A stretch of 64,000 bases of DNA. Source: an uncultured Alphaproteobacteria bacterium (GTDB lineage: Bacteria > Pseudomonadota > Alphaproteobacteria > RF32 > CAG-239). A model generated the notes under the pieces. It was not told the origin of the DNA. It saw only the letters and a program-made list of their open reading frames with translations, and did no database searches. The DNA lies in assembly GCA_934277545.1 (NCBI GenBank), contig CAKQUG010000006.1, positions 5,473 to 69,472 of the forward strand. The letters are read 5' to 3'. Position 1 is the stretch's first letter; each line of letters starts with the position of its first letter. Of this stretch, positions 39,370 to 47,516 are shown piece by piece. Both the position numbers and the translations under genes were made by a program.

Positions 39370-40488
39370 TTGAACAGCGAGCACAGACCTGATTACAGCG
39401 AGTTTAGAGATAAAGCCGAGCAAGAAAGTAACAATCTTGCGCTCAAAAGCGACTGCTATGCGGCGATTGATTTAGGCACAAACTCCTGCCGGCTGGTTAT
39501 CGCTCAACCAACCCCGAGCTCATTTCATGTAGTTGAAACATTTTCACGCGTTACCCGTTTGGGAGAAGGAATTATAAACGGCAATATGCTGTCCAAGCCG
39601 GCAATACGGCGCACGATTGCCGCGTTAAAAGTCTGCGGCGCCATTATCAACGAATATAAACCGATTGTGCGGATGCGCTTTGTAGCGACTGCCGCTTGTC
39701 GGCGCGCGCTTAACTGCCGTGAATTTGAAACGGCGGTAAAACAAGCCACCGGCTTAAACATGGAAGTAATATCCTCAAAAGAAGAAGCGCGTCTGGCAGT
39801 TGTCGGCTGTATGCCGCTTTTAAACCGCATGATTAAACGCGCACTGGTGTTTGACATTGGCGGCGGTTCAACCGAAATTTCGTTGGCCCGCATTACCGAA
39901 ACCGGTAGAACTTTTATTGAAGGTTTTGTCTCTTTGCCCTATGGAGTGGTAACCATTTCCGAAGCCTTTCCGGGAAAAGACATGACCACTTTGGCCTATG
40001 ACACCATTGTTGAACGCACCCAAAAAATTTTGCAGGAATTTGAAGATAAATACCATATCAGCGAGGCTATCCGCAATCAGGAAATTCAGGTAATCGGCAC
40101 ATCGGGAACGGTTACGGTTTTGGGCGCCGTGCATTTGAATTTGCCGCGTTATAACCGGGCGGCCGTGGACGGCATTGCCCTATCCGGCTCGGATGTTGAA
40201 AAAGTTATTCGCCGCATTAAAAATATGGGCTATGAAGGCCGATGCAAACATTCGTGTATCGGCAAACTCAAGGCCGATTTAACTATGGCCGGCTGTACAA
40301 TTATCGAAGCCTTATGCTCTTTCTGGCCGGTTTCAGAAATCACCATTGCCGACAGAGGAATCCGCGAGGGCATTCTTTTGGATATGATGCACCATCAAAA
40401 AAACAATTACTTCCACAAAGGCGGAAAACGCCACAAACTTTTCAGAAAAGGACACTATCATGGACAACGAAAATCTGGCGGCGATTGA
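39370..40488 (+). CDS. Ppx/GppA family phosphatase, short form (no HD domain)
   Basis: AAIDLGTNSCRLVIA, DIGGGSTE. A probable TTG start at 39370 lies right after the ccrM stop; the track start at 39331 overlaps ccrM. Confidence 0.7.
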   Translation: MNSEHRPDYSEFRDKAEQESNNLALKSDCYAAIDLGTNSCRLVIAQPTPSSFHVVETFSRVTRLGEGIINGNMLSKPAIRRTIAALKVCGAIINEYKPIVRMRFVATAACRRALNCREFETAVKQATGLNMEVISSKEEARLAVVGCMPLLNRMIKRALVFDIGGGSTEISLARITETGRTFIEGFVSLPYGVVTISEAFPGKDMTTLAYDTIVERTQKILQEFEDKYHISEAIRNQEIQVIGTSGTVTVLGAVHLNLPRYNRAAVDGIALSGSDVEKVIRRIKNMGYEGRCKHSCIGKLKADLTMAGCTIIEALCSFWPVSEITIADRGIREGILLDMMHHQKNNYFHKGGKRHKLFRKGHYHGQRKSGGD

Positions 40489-41401
40489 TTTGGGGACAAA
40501 CTCCTGCCGTCTGCGTATTACAGACCCCAAAGGCAATTTACTTTATCGCGAAGCCGTTACCATAAAATTGGGCGAAGGACTTTATGAAAACAGCAATTTC
40601 TCGCAAGCCTCAATTCAGCGCGGAATTGATTGTTTAGTGCGCTTTTCCGAGCTGATGAAAGATTATCACGTCGGGCACTACAGAGCAGTGGCAACCGCTT
40701 CTTGCCGCAAAGCGCAAAACAGCAGTACATTTATTCAAATGGTGCAGGAACTCAGCGGTATAAATTTAGAAGTTATCTCTGCGGAAGAAGAAGCCCTCTT
40801 GAACCTTAAAGGCGCCATGCTGAATGTTCCTCCGTCAGCAAAATACGTTTTGCTTTATGATTTGGGCGGCGGTTCGACCGAAATCATTTTAGCCGAAAAC
40901 GGCAAAAAACCGAAAGAAATTTATACATTATCCGTACCCTGGGGAGCCAGAACTGCTTCCGAAGCCTTTGACCTGCCGGAATATGATGAAGAAAAGGCTC
41001 AGAAACTGCGGAATGAAATAAAAAAATACGTTGAAGAATTTTTGGTTAACTCCGAGTTTTTAATGTATCTGCCGCAAAGTTTTTGCATAGCCACTTCAAG
41101 CACGCCTTTACGTTTGTTCAGTATGATTAACAAAACCGGCTCTTATAACAAGGATTTTGCAGACGGTATGACGGTAACCACCGAGCAGATAGACCGGCAA
41201 ATTGCCGAAACGCTGAAAATGAATTTGGAACAGCTCAGCGAAAGCCCGTATATCGGAGAAAACCGCGCGCCGATTTTCGTTGCCGCCTGTATAATATTTC
41301 AGACAATTTATCAAGTATTGCAAATAAAAAATTTAACCGCTTCGCTAAAAGGAGCGCAAGAAGCAATTATAGCAGAATTGGAGCAGAAATGGCAAAATTA
41401 A
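40460..41401 (+). CDS. Ppx/GppA family phosphatase, short form, second tandem paralog
   Basis: AAIDLGTNSCRLRIT, DLGGGSTE. Overlaps the upstream paralog by 29 nt. Confidence 0.75.
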   Translation: MDNENLAAIDLGTNSCRLRITDPKGNLLYREAVTIKLGEGLYENSNFSQASIQRGIDCLVRFSELMKDYHVGHYRAVATASCRKAQNSSTFIQMVQELSGINLEVISAEEEALLNLKGAMLNVPPSAKYVLLYDLGGGSTEIILAENGKKPKEIYTLSVPWGARTASEAFDLPEYDEEKAQKLRNEIKKYVEEFLVNSEFLMYLPQSFCIATSSTPLRLFSMINKTGSYNKDFADGMTVTTEQIDRQIAETLKMNLEQLSESPYIGENRAPIFVAACIIFQTIYQVLQIKNLTASLKGAQEAIIAELEQKWQN

Positions 41402-42078
41402 CAGCATCTGCAAAGTTGATTAGAGGCCGCAACCATTTAACGGTAAAGGTTAAAACCGCAAAATATAACAAACCGTCTTCCAACCGCTGGCTGCAGCGTC
41501 AGCTGAACGACCCGTACGTCAGCGAATCCAAACGGCTGGGCTATCGTTCACGTGCCGCGTTTAAACTGATTCAGCTGGATGAAAAATATCACTTTTTAGG
41601 CAAAGGCAAAACCATTGTCGACCTTGGCTGCGCCCCGGGAGGCTGGACACAAGTTGCAGCACAGCGTAACAAAGGCAGTGGGCAGATTGTTGGAATGGAC
41701 TTGCTGCCGGCAGAGCCTATAGAAGGTGCTATTTTGCTGCAGCAGGATTTTACCGAACCGAGCGCCGCCGATAAGCTGAAAGAACTTTTACATGGTCATG
41801 CCGACGTAGTTATGAGCGATATGGCAGCCAACACTACCGGTCATCAGCAAACCGACCATTTGCGCACCATTGCTTTGGTTGAATTGGCTTATGAATTTGC
41901 AAAAGAGGTATTGGCAGAAGGCGGTATTTTCATCGCTAAAGTTTTTCAAGGCGGAACCGAGGGCGAACTTTTAACGGATATGAAAAAGAACTTTGCTAAA
42001 GTTACACACTTTAAACCGGACGCCAGCCGTCAGGATTCGGTTGAGATGTATGTGGTTGCCCAAGGCTTTAAGGGATAG
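41389..42078 (+). CDS. rlmE: 23S rRNA (uridine2552-2'-O)-methyltransferase RlmE/FtsJ
   Basis: WLQRQLNDPYV..GYRSRAAFKLIQLDEKY..VDLGCAPGGWTQV...SDMAANTTGH. Confidence 0.9.
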   Translation: MAKLTASAKLIRGRNHLTVKVKTAKYNKPSSNRWLQRQLNDPYVSESKRLGYRSRAAFKLIQLDEKYHFLGKGKTIVDLGCAPGGWTQVAAQRNKGSGQIVGMDLLPAEPIEGAILLQQDFTEPSAADKLKELLHGHADVVMSDMAANTTGHQQTDHLRTIALVELAYEFAKEVLAEGGIFIAKVFQGGTEGELLTDMKKNFAKVTHFKPDASRQDSVEMYVVAQGFKG

Positions 42079-42468
42079 GATAAAACCATCTAATGATTGT
42101 ATTTATTTGACATTTATTTTTAATTGATATATTATTAAAAAAGTCCGGTGCTCGAACACTGGACTTTAATTTAACTGGAAAGGGTTAAACCCTATCTTTA
42201 ACCATTTTCTAAGTTAAAGGTAACCTATTTTTGCATAAAAGTCAATACTTTTATCAAATTTAGACGGTTTTATCCCTTTCCCAACTGCCTAAATTAGGCT
42301 GAAAGGTGAAAGATGGTAAACTTACTCAAAGTTTTAAGCATTCTTATCCATTTGCTTAAAATCATCATCCTTCTATTAAAATAGTATAGTATGATGAGGC
42401 GGAGTTTTCAAGCTCCGCCCTTTGATATTTAATTGTATTGAAAAACACATTACTTGCACATTTCACTG

Positions 42469-43305
42469 CTAAAATTCCAAAACAAACAAGCAATATTCCT
42501 CTCCTATCGCACAAGAGGTGCAAACATTTTGTATATCGGATAACGTCATATTAACTAAACACTTATTGCTGTCAGTGCATTGTGAATCTCCATAATAATG
42601 GATATTGCCGTTTTTAGTTCTAAAAATCCAGACAAATTGTAGAGAAGAATGCAAAGGCTGAGCAAAATTGCTGATAAATTCTCGGCACAATTTAGTTGAA
42701 AAATTATCTGAAACCAAATAGTTATCAGTAGAAGAGGCATTTCCTAGCGCTATGTCGTAAACTAGATGGTTATCACGGGAAAATATCGTGATTATGCTGC
42801 CGACAGTATCTGATATTACAGTACTGTTTTCAAACGACCAACCTTCAGGAAGCAGATTTAATCCTTTAATTGTTTCTGCTAAATCATATTTATTGCTACC
42901 ATTATCAGATTTCAGGTTTCTCAAATTATCTATATGTTCCAGCAAACCATGAGTTAAATAACTATATCCAGCAATGGCTTTGTTAATTTTCCACTTTTCC
43001 ATAGCCTTGGAATAACCAGCAATACCGCCAACCGATAACACGCCGATAATTGCCAGTACGCCCAGCATTTCTATCATTGAACGCCCACCTTGCAACACAC
43101 TCCAGTGGTCATACTTGGCTTTGAGCGTCAGTTCATTTTCCGAGAATCCGGTATGGTATATCCGCTTTAAAAACTTGCAACAAACGCTAAGCCCTCGCCC
43201 CCTGCACCCGTCATTCTCGAATTCATCCCGAGTATCTTGTATGAACATACTCCTTTTGAATAATAATGCGATAATCTTATCTCTCAACTCCTTATATCTC
43301 CTCAT
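42469..43305 (-). CDS. type IV pilin-like protein, copy A (prepilin-type N-terminal block; start uncertain)
   Basis: QGG|RSMIEMLGVLAIIGVLSVGGIAGYSKAM has Gly, Glu at +5 and a hydrophobic helix. The track ORF extends to 43362, into the inverted-repeat module; I regard that part as non-coding. Confidence 0.6.
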   Translation of the reverse strand: MRRYKELRDKIIALLFKRSMFIQDTRDEFENDGCRGRGLSVCCKFLKRIYHTGFSENELTLKAKYDHWSVLQGGRSMIEMLGVLAIIGVLSVGGIAGYSKAMEKWKINKAIAGYSYLTHGLLEHIDNLRNLKSDNGSNKYDLAETIKGLNLLPEGWSFENSTVISDTVGSIITIFSRDNHLVYDIALGNASSTDNYLVSDNFSTKLCREFISNFAQPLHSSLQFVWIFRTKNGNIHYYGDSQCTDSNKCLVNMTLSDIQNVCTSCAIGEEYCLFVLEF

Positions 43306-43306
43306 T

Positions 43307-43483
43307 TGTGTAAAAATAATGACCGTTATTTTTACACACTTTAAACAACCGTTTGAAAACACTTAACAAAACGCAAAAAATATTGTAATTATAAAAAGTT
43401 ATTGCAAATTTCACCGACCTTTGCTACATTGCAAAAAGAGTTAGTTTTAAAGTCCAATTTAAACGGTCGTTTTTTTTACACAC
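43307..43483. repeat. conserved ~177-bp module bounded by 22-bp inverted repeats, copy A
   Basis: About 85% identical by eye to 51451-51628. Left arm TGTGTAAAAATAATGACCGTT, right arm AACGGTCGTTTTTTTTACACAC. Confidence 0.75.
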
Positions 43484-43643
43484 TTTTGTTCTGTTAGCAA
43501 AAAAATAATCTACTTTGATACCCTATAAATTATCCCGATTTTTCATCTCATTGACAAATTTTCAGATAACCACTTGACAAAATAAACATAAACAGGTATT
43601 TTAAAGTCTGAAAAAAAATTATTTATGTAAATTCTTCTGCCTT

Positions 43644-44159
43644 ATGATTAAGTTTAAGATTAAGGTCAAGAAATCCCGTATGTGGATTCCTGCCTTGGGT
43701 GTGGTGATTGCTTATGGATTTTTCCATAACTGCGCTATCGCCCCTTATTTCAACTGCCGTGTAATTGATTGGTCTCAACTGATTTTAACATTCAGCGTAG
43801 TTATCGGCTTGGGAGGCGCTCGAGATATTGTTTTACAGCGTTTTCGCTATCTCGGTCCGGTGCAAAAGGCCATTGATGTTACAGTAGGCAACAAAGAGTT
43901 GAGCAACCGCTTTTGGATTCCGGCAATCGGTTGGATTCTGGTTTTGGGTTACAGCAATAATTTTATTGTTTCTCCCTACTTTGACATTCATCCTGTTGAC
44001 TGGGAAGGCTTGCTTGCTTCACTTAGTATTTTACTGACTGTCAGCGGCGCGCGCGATTACGGTATTTATGCCACTGAGCGCAAGACCACTGAAAATGATG
44101 AAGCTAAAGCGGCAAACGCTCAAGAATCATCAACGGAAAGCTCAGAAGTTCCGGTTTAA
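43644..44159 (+). CDS. hypothetical membrane protein with an internal duplication
   Basis: Two ~80-aa repeats: RMWIPALGVVIAYGFFHNCAIAPYFNCRVIDWSQLILTFSVVIGLGGARD versus RFWIPAIGWILVLGYSNNFIVSPYFDIHPVDWEGLLASLSILLTVSGARD. Confidence 0.45.
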   Translation: MIKFKIKVKKSRMWIPALGVVIAYGFFHNCAIAPYFNCRVIDWSQLILTFSVVIGLGGARDIVLQRFRYLGPVQKAIDVTVGNKELSNRFWIPAIGWILVLGYSNNFIVSPYFDIHPVDWEGLLASLSILLTVSGARDYGIYATERKTTENDEAKAANAQESSTESSEVPV

Positions 44160-44167
44160 TCTTTAAC

Positions 44168-44200
44168 AAAAAAACAGCCTTTTTAACAGGCTGTTTTTTT
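44168..44200. terminator. bidirectional intrinsic terminator
   Basis: AAAAAAACAGCCT / AGGCTGTTTTTTT stem flanked by an A-run and a T-run, between convergent genes. Confidence 0.75.
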
Positions 44201-44204
44201 GTTA

Positions 44205-45461
44205 TTATTTCGGCAAAATCACGCTGAACACGCTTCCTTTGCCAAACTCGCTCTGCACTTTCAACTTCCCGTGATATTTATTAACAATTTCCTGCGCTAA
44301 TGAAAGTCCGAGCCCGAAACCGCCGCTTTGTCGATTTCTTCCCTTATCCGCACGATAAAAACGTTCAAAAACATGCGGAAAATCCTCTGCTTTTATGCCG
44401 ATTCCTTCATCCTGAACCGCAATTTTTACCCTATGTTCATCCGACTTGACTTCAACCGAAATTTTTTTATCATCCGGTGTATATTTTACGGCGTTATCCA
44501 GCAAAATAATCAGTAATCTTTCCAAATGCTGCGCAGACATTTTAACCGCAACCTTAGGCGAGCAAACAACTTTAATCGTTTCTTTTCTATTTTTATGCAC
44601 CATATTCAAACGCTCGGCCAGCGGCAGTAAAACATCTGCGACATTCAGTTCCGAAGCCGCCGTATTTTCTGTTTGTTCCAAGCGCGTCAGCGCCAGCAGA
44701 TTTTCCACCAAATCCGACATATTTTTTGTCTCGTCCCGCATAACCTGCAAAGCCTTGGCGTTTTGCGGCTGCTGTTCCAAAATTTCGATATAAGTCAGCA
44801 ACACGCTGAGCGGCGTCTTTAATTCGTGCGATGCATCCGAAACAAACTCTTTTTGCTTGCGATAGGCTTCGGCCAACGGCTTTACGGCATTGCCCGCCAA
44901 CAGCGCAGCTGCCAAAATTGAAAGCAGGCACAAAATTCCGACCGCAATTAAGCCATAGCTTTTATAACGATGTGTAACATAAAAATACGGCGTAACATTT
45001 AAAAGCACCACCACTCGATATTCATCTCCGTCCGGTTCATTTTTCCAACTTTCTGAAAGCGCTAAAAAACGCCAACGCTCACCGTTATTTTTAATCTTTA
45101 CGCTTTTAATTTCTCCGTCATTTTCCTGCCAGTCTGCCATTTTTTGCGTCAGCATATCGCCAGCCTCGCCGGCCGGCTGTTCCAAACGGCGCATTTTACT
45201 GTTTACAAATCCGTAAGAAAAAAAGTGCAAAGCGTTATTGCGCGCCGCCACCGCGATTCGCTCTGGTTTTACCGCTAATTCATCGGAGTCCTGCTTAAAC
45301 TCAAAAACTTCTTCCTGCAAATAGTCATATAAACTCGAGGCAATCACATTTTTTGAAATAATCCGATATGCCGCATACCCGCCCAAAAATATAAGCAAAG
45401 ACACGCTGAACAATATCAATGCGTATCTGATTAAAAGTTTACGTTTTAAAATATCTATCAT
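44205..45461 (-). CDS. sensor histidine kinase (HisKA + HATPase_c), PmrB/BasS-like architecture
   Basis: Two TM helices, H-box FVSDASHELKTPLS, N-box LLDNAVKYT, G-boxes DEGIGI and GGFGLGLS. Confidence 0.85.
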   Translation of the reverse strand: MIDILKRKLLIRYALILFSVSLLIFLGGYAAYRIISKNVIASSLYDYLQEEVFEFKQDSDELAVKPERIAVAARNNALHFFSYGFVNSKMRRLEQPAGEAGDMLTQKMADWQENDGEIKSVKIKNNGERWRFLALSESWKNEPDGDEYRVVVLLNVTPYFYVTHRYKSYGLIAVGILCLLSILAAALLAGNAVKPLAEAYRKQKEFVSDASHELKTPLSVLLTYIEILEQQPQNAKALQVMRDETKNMSDLVENLLALTRLEQTENTAASELNVADVLLPLAERLNMVHKNRKETIKVVCSPKVAVKMSAQHLERLLIILLDNAVKYTPDDKKISVEVKSDEHRVKIAVQDEGIGIKAEDFPHVFERFYRADKGRNRQSGGFGLGLSLAQEIVNKYHGKLKVQSEFGKGSVFSVILPK

Positions 45462-46147
45462 TTAAGCTCCAGCATATATCCGATGTTTTTCAGCAAGTTT
45501 ATCTGCATGTTATCTTGCCAAATTTTAAGTTTTTTACGCAAATTGTAAATATAAGAATCCAAACTTGCGCTGCTTATTTCCGGGTTATTGCCCCACACTT
45601 TTTCAAAAAGCGTTTCGCGTAAAATGGTTTTGTCGTGATTTACAAAAAGAATTTGCAATATTTTAAATTCGGTTTTAGAAAAATTAAGCGTTTGCTTGCC
45701 ATCACTCAAAGTGTTTTGCGTACAATCCATCACAAAACCGCCGGTTTCAAACACGCTGTCGACATACGGCTTGTTCTTACGGCGCAAAACTGCGTGGATT
45801 CTGGCTTTCAGCTCGCGGATTTCAAACGGTTTGGTAATATAGTCGTCAGCCCCCACTTCCAAGGCCTGCACACAATCATCCAGCTCCGACTTTGCCGTTA
45901 AAAAAATAATTCCGCCGGTATAATGGCCTTTTTTAATATCACGCAGCCACTTGCAGACTTCTATTCCCGAAAGCTCCGGCAGCATCCAATCCAGCAGCAC
46001 CACATCATATTGCTCCGGGCCATATTTAACTTCATCTATAGCCTCGACGCCGGTTTTTGCCAAATCAACTTCATAACCGTCTATTTCCAGCAGAGTTTTA
46101 ATTCCCTGCCCCAAGTTTGCATCATCTTCAACCAATAAAATACGCAT
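45458..46147 (-). CDS. OmpR/PhoB family response regulator
   Basis: MRILLVEDD, VLLDWMLPELSG, ADDYITKPF, and a winged-helix C-terminal domain (LSKTEFKILQILF...GYML). Confidence 0.9.
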   Translation of the reverse strand: MRILLVEDDANLGQGIKTLLEIDGYEVDLAKTGVEAIDEVKYGPEQYDVVLLDWMLPELSGIEVCKWLRDIKKGHYTGGIIFLTAKSELDDCVQALEVGADDYITKPFEIRELKARIHAVLRRKNKPYVDSVFETGGFVMDCTQNTLSDGKQTLNFSKTEFKILQILFVNHDKTILRETLFEKVWGNNPEISSASLDSYIYNLRKKLKIWQDNMQINLLKNIGYMLELK

Positions 46148-46194
46148 AAACGTCTCCTGGTAAAATATTTTATGCTGTTTTTATTAAGAGCGCA

Positions 46195-46246
46195 ATCTGA
46201 AATTTATCTGAAATTTTTTTCAGATTTTTTCAGATTGTTTTCAGAT
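46195..46246. promoter_or_regulatory. array of five TTCAGAT heptamers (2 inverted + 3 direct, 10-11 bp phasing) in a divergent promoter region
   Basis: ATCTGAA at 46195 and 46206; TTCAGAT at 46219, 46229 and 46240. Lies between the response regulator-histidine kinase operon and the eptA remnant. Confidence 0.5.
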
Positions 46247-46292
46247 TGACCTTCTAATTTCGGCAATGTATCAACAGGAGGACAAACAAAAA

Positions 46293-46814
46293 ATGAACAG
46301 AATAAATATAAAATCAACAACGTTAATCTGCATTGTTTCCCTTTACTTTGCAACGGTCTTAAACCTGTCGTTTTGGCGCTACATAACACACAACATTCAA
46401 ATCGACAGCCCGATGATGTTGCTGTTCGCCTTTTCCCTTGGCGTGTTTATATTTGTTCCTCTTTATGCGCTGTTCAATTTTTTATTTTGTCCTTATGTTG
46501 GTAAGCTGATAACAACAATATTGCTTTTAGGCTCGGCGGCGGCAAACTATTACATGTATGCTGACGGCATTTATATTGACTCCGATATGATTCGCAACAT
46601 TATGGAAACCAACCTGCGCGAAACGATAGAACACACTTCTTTTTCCTTCTGGATGTATGTTCTTTTTACCGGCGTGGTTCCGGCAATGCTGTTACAAATG
46701 TGCCGCATACAATATCAACCGGCCGCCGCCGAGCTCAAACAGCTGTCTATAATTCAAATATGGACATTACAGCCGGCTGCCGCTCCAGCGCTCTCGCCGT
46801 CAAATAATAATTGA
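46293..46814 (+). pseudogene. eptA: phosphoethanolamine transferase (EptA-like) N-terminal membrane domain only; sulfatase domain missing
   Basis: MNRINIKSTTLICIVSLYFATVLNLSFWRYI...YMYADGIYIDSDMIRNIMETNLRE matches the EptA/DUF1705 N-terminal region. The frame ends after ~150 homologous aa in an unrelated GC-rich tail. Full-length enzymes are about 550 aa. Confidence 0.6.
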
Positions 46815-46873
46815 CAACAGTCTGAAAAAAGCCGATAATCTATACATCTTTTAATTATTAAATTTGAATCATT

Positions 46874-47176
46874 ATGGTGTATTGGATTATTTATTTAACC
46901 TGCATCGCGGTTTTTGCTGCCATTTTATATTTAGACAGCGATGAACACAGCAAGTTTTTAGCCTGTTTTCATAAATGGCCGCAACGCATTGTCCGGGTGT
47001 TGTTTATTGTAATTATCTGTTTAATCCCGCTGATTCCGTTATATCCGGATTCTTTCTGGCAGTTTAACCGGGGAATTGCAGCTTTTTTCCAATGGGGCGG
47101 CATTGCCATTATCGGCTTTGTTTTCGGTTTGGCAATAGTTTTGCTTATCAAGCTGCTACGTTGGGTATGGAAATAA
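46874..47176 (+). CDS. small hypothetical membrane protein (3 TM)
   Basis: TTGACA-17-GATAAT promoter at 46811-46839. Hydrophobic 100-aa ORF. No family recognised. Confidence 0.4.
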   Translation: MVYWIIYLTCIAVFAAILYLDSDEHSKFLACFHKWPQRIVRVLFIVIICLIPLIPLYPDSFWQFNRGIAAFFQWGGIAIIGFVFGLAIVLLIKLLRWVWK

Positions 47177-47253
47177 AAATTAAAGCTCTAGCAGAAAATG
47201 AATTTTATCTTTTCAAAGATATGCTTCAAATTCGGCGAGAGCTTTTTTTGCAT

Positions 47254-47278
47254 AAAAAAACCGTCTTAAAACAGACGG
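47254..47278 (-). terminator. intrinsic terminator after tRNA-Arg
   Basis: CCGTCT/AGACGG stem. A T7 run follows on the minus strand. Confidence 0.5.
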
Positions 47279-47290
47279 CTGAAAGGAGAT

Positions 47291-47367
47291 TGGCGCGCTC
47301 CGGGCGATTCGAACGCCCGACCCACAGCTTAGAAGGCTGTTGCTCTATCCTGCTGAGCTAGGAGCGC
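47291..47367 (-). tRNA. tRNA-Arg (anticodon UCU)
   Basis: The reverse complement reads GCGCTCCTAGCTCAGCAGGATAGAGCAACAGCCTTCTAAGCTGTGGGTCGGGCGTTCGAATCGCCCGGAGCGCGCCA. Confidence 0.9.
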
Positions 47368-47516
47368 AACCTGACAATCTGCAACATAAATCGCACAAAA
47401 ATCGGCTGTTGTCAACAAATAAAATAAATTATTTTTAATTTTTTGTCTTGCATTTTAGACAAATTTAAGTTACTCTTAACAAGATTTCAAATTTTTAACT
47501 AATTATTTTATAAAGT

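Noticed and set aside
42170-42300. Known housekeeping ncRNA (6S, SRP, tmRNA, RNase P) in the rlmE to pilin-like copy A intergenic region
   Set aside because: None of the conserved cores I can recall are present, such as the GGAAGCAGCC-type SRP domain IV, the RNase P GAGGAAAGUCC, or a tRNA-like tmRNA end.
43306-43362. N-terminal extension of pilin-like copy A given by the track (MFSNGCLKCVKITVIIFTQ)
   Set aside because: This segment is the translated left inverted repeat of the conserved module. The equivalent sequence is non-coding upstream of copy B.
43644-44159. Holin or prophage remnant
   Set aside because: The window has no endolysin, capsid, tail or integrase genes. The resemblance to a holin rests on size and TM content only.
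46717-46803. GC-rich patch dense in 6-cutter sites (EagI, SacI, PvuII, NaeI, AfeI-like), considered as an engineered cloning scar
   Set aside because: Such sites are expected in any short GC-rich stretch. There is no vector-like sequence, so it is treated as a natural rearrangement junction.
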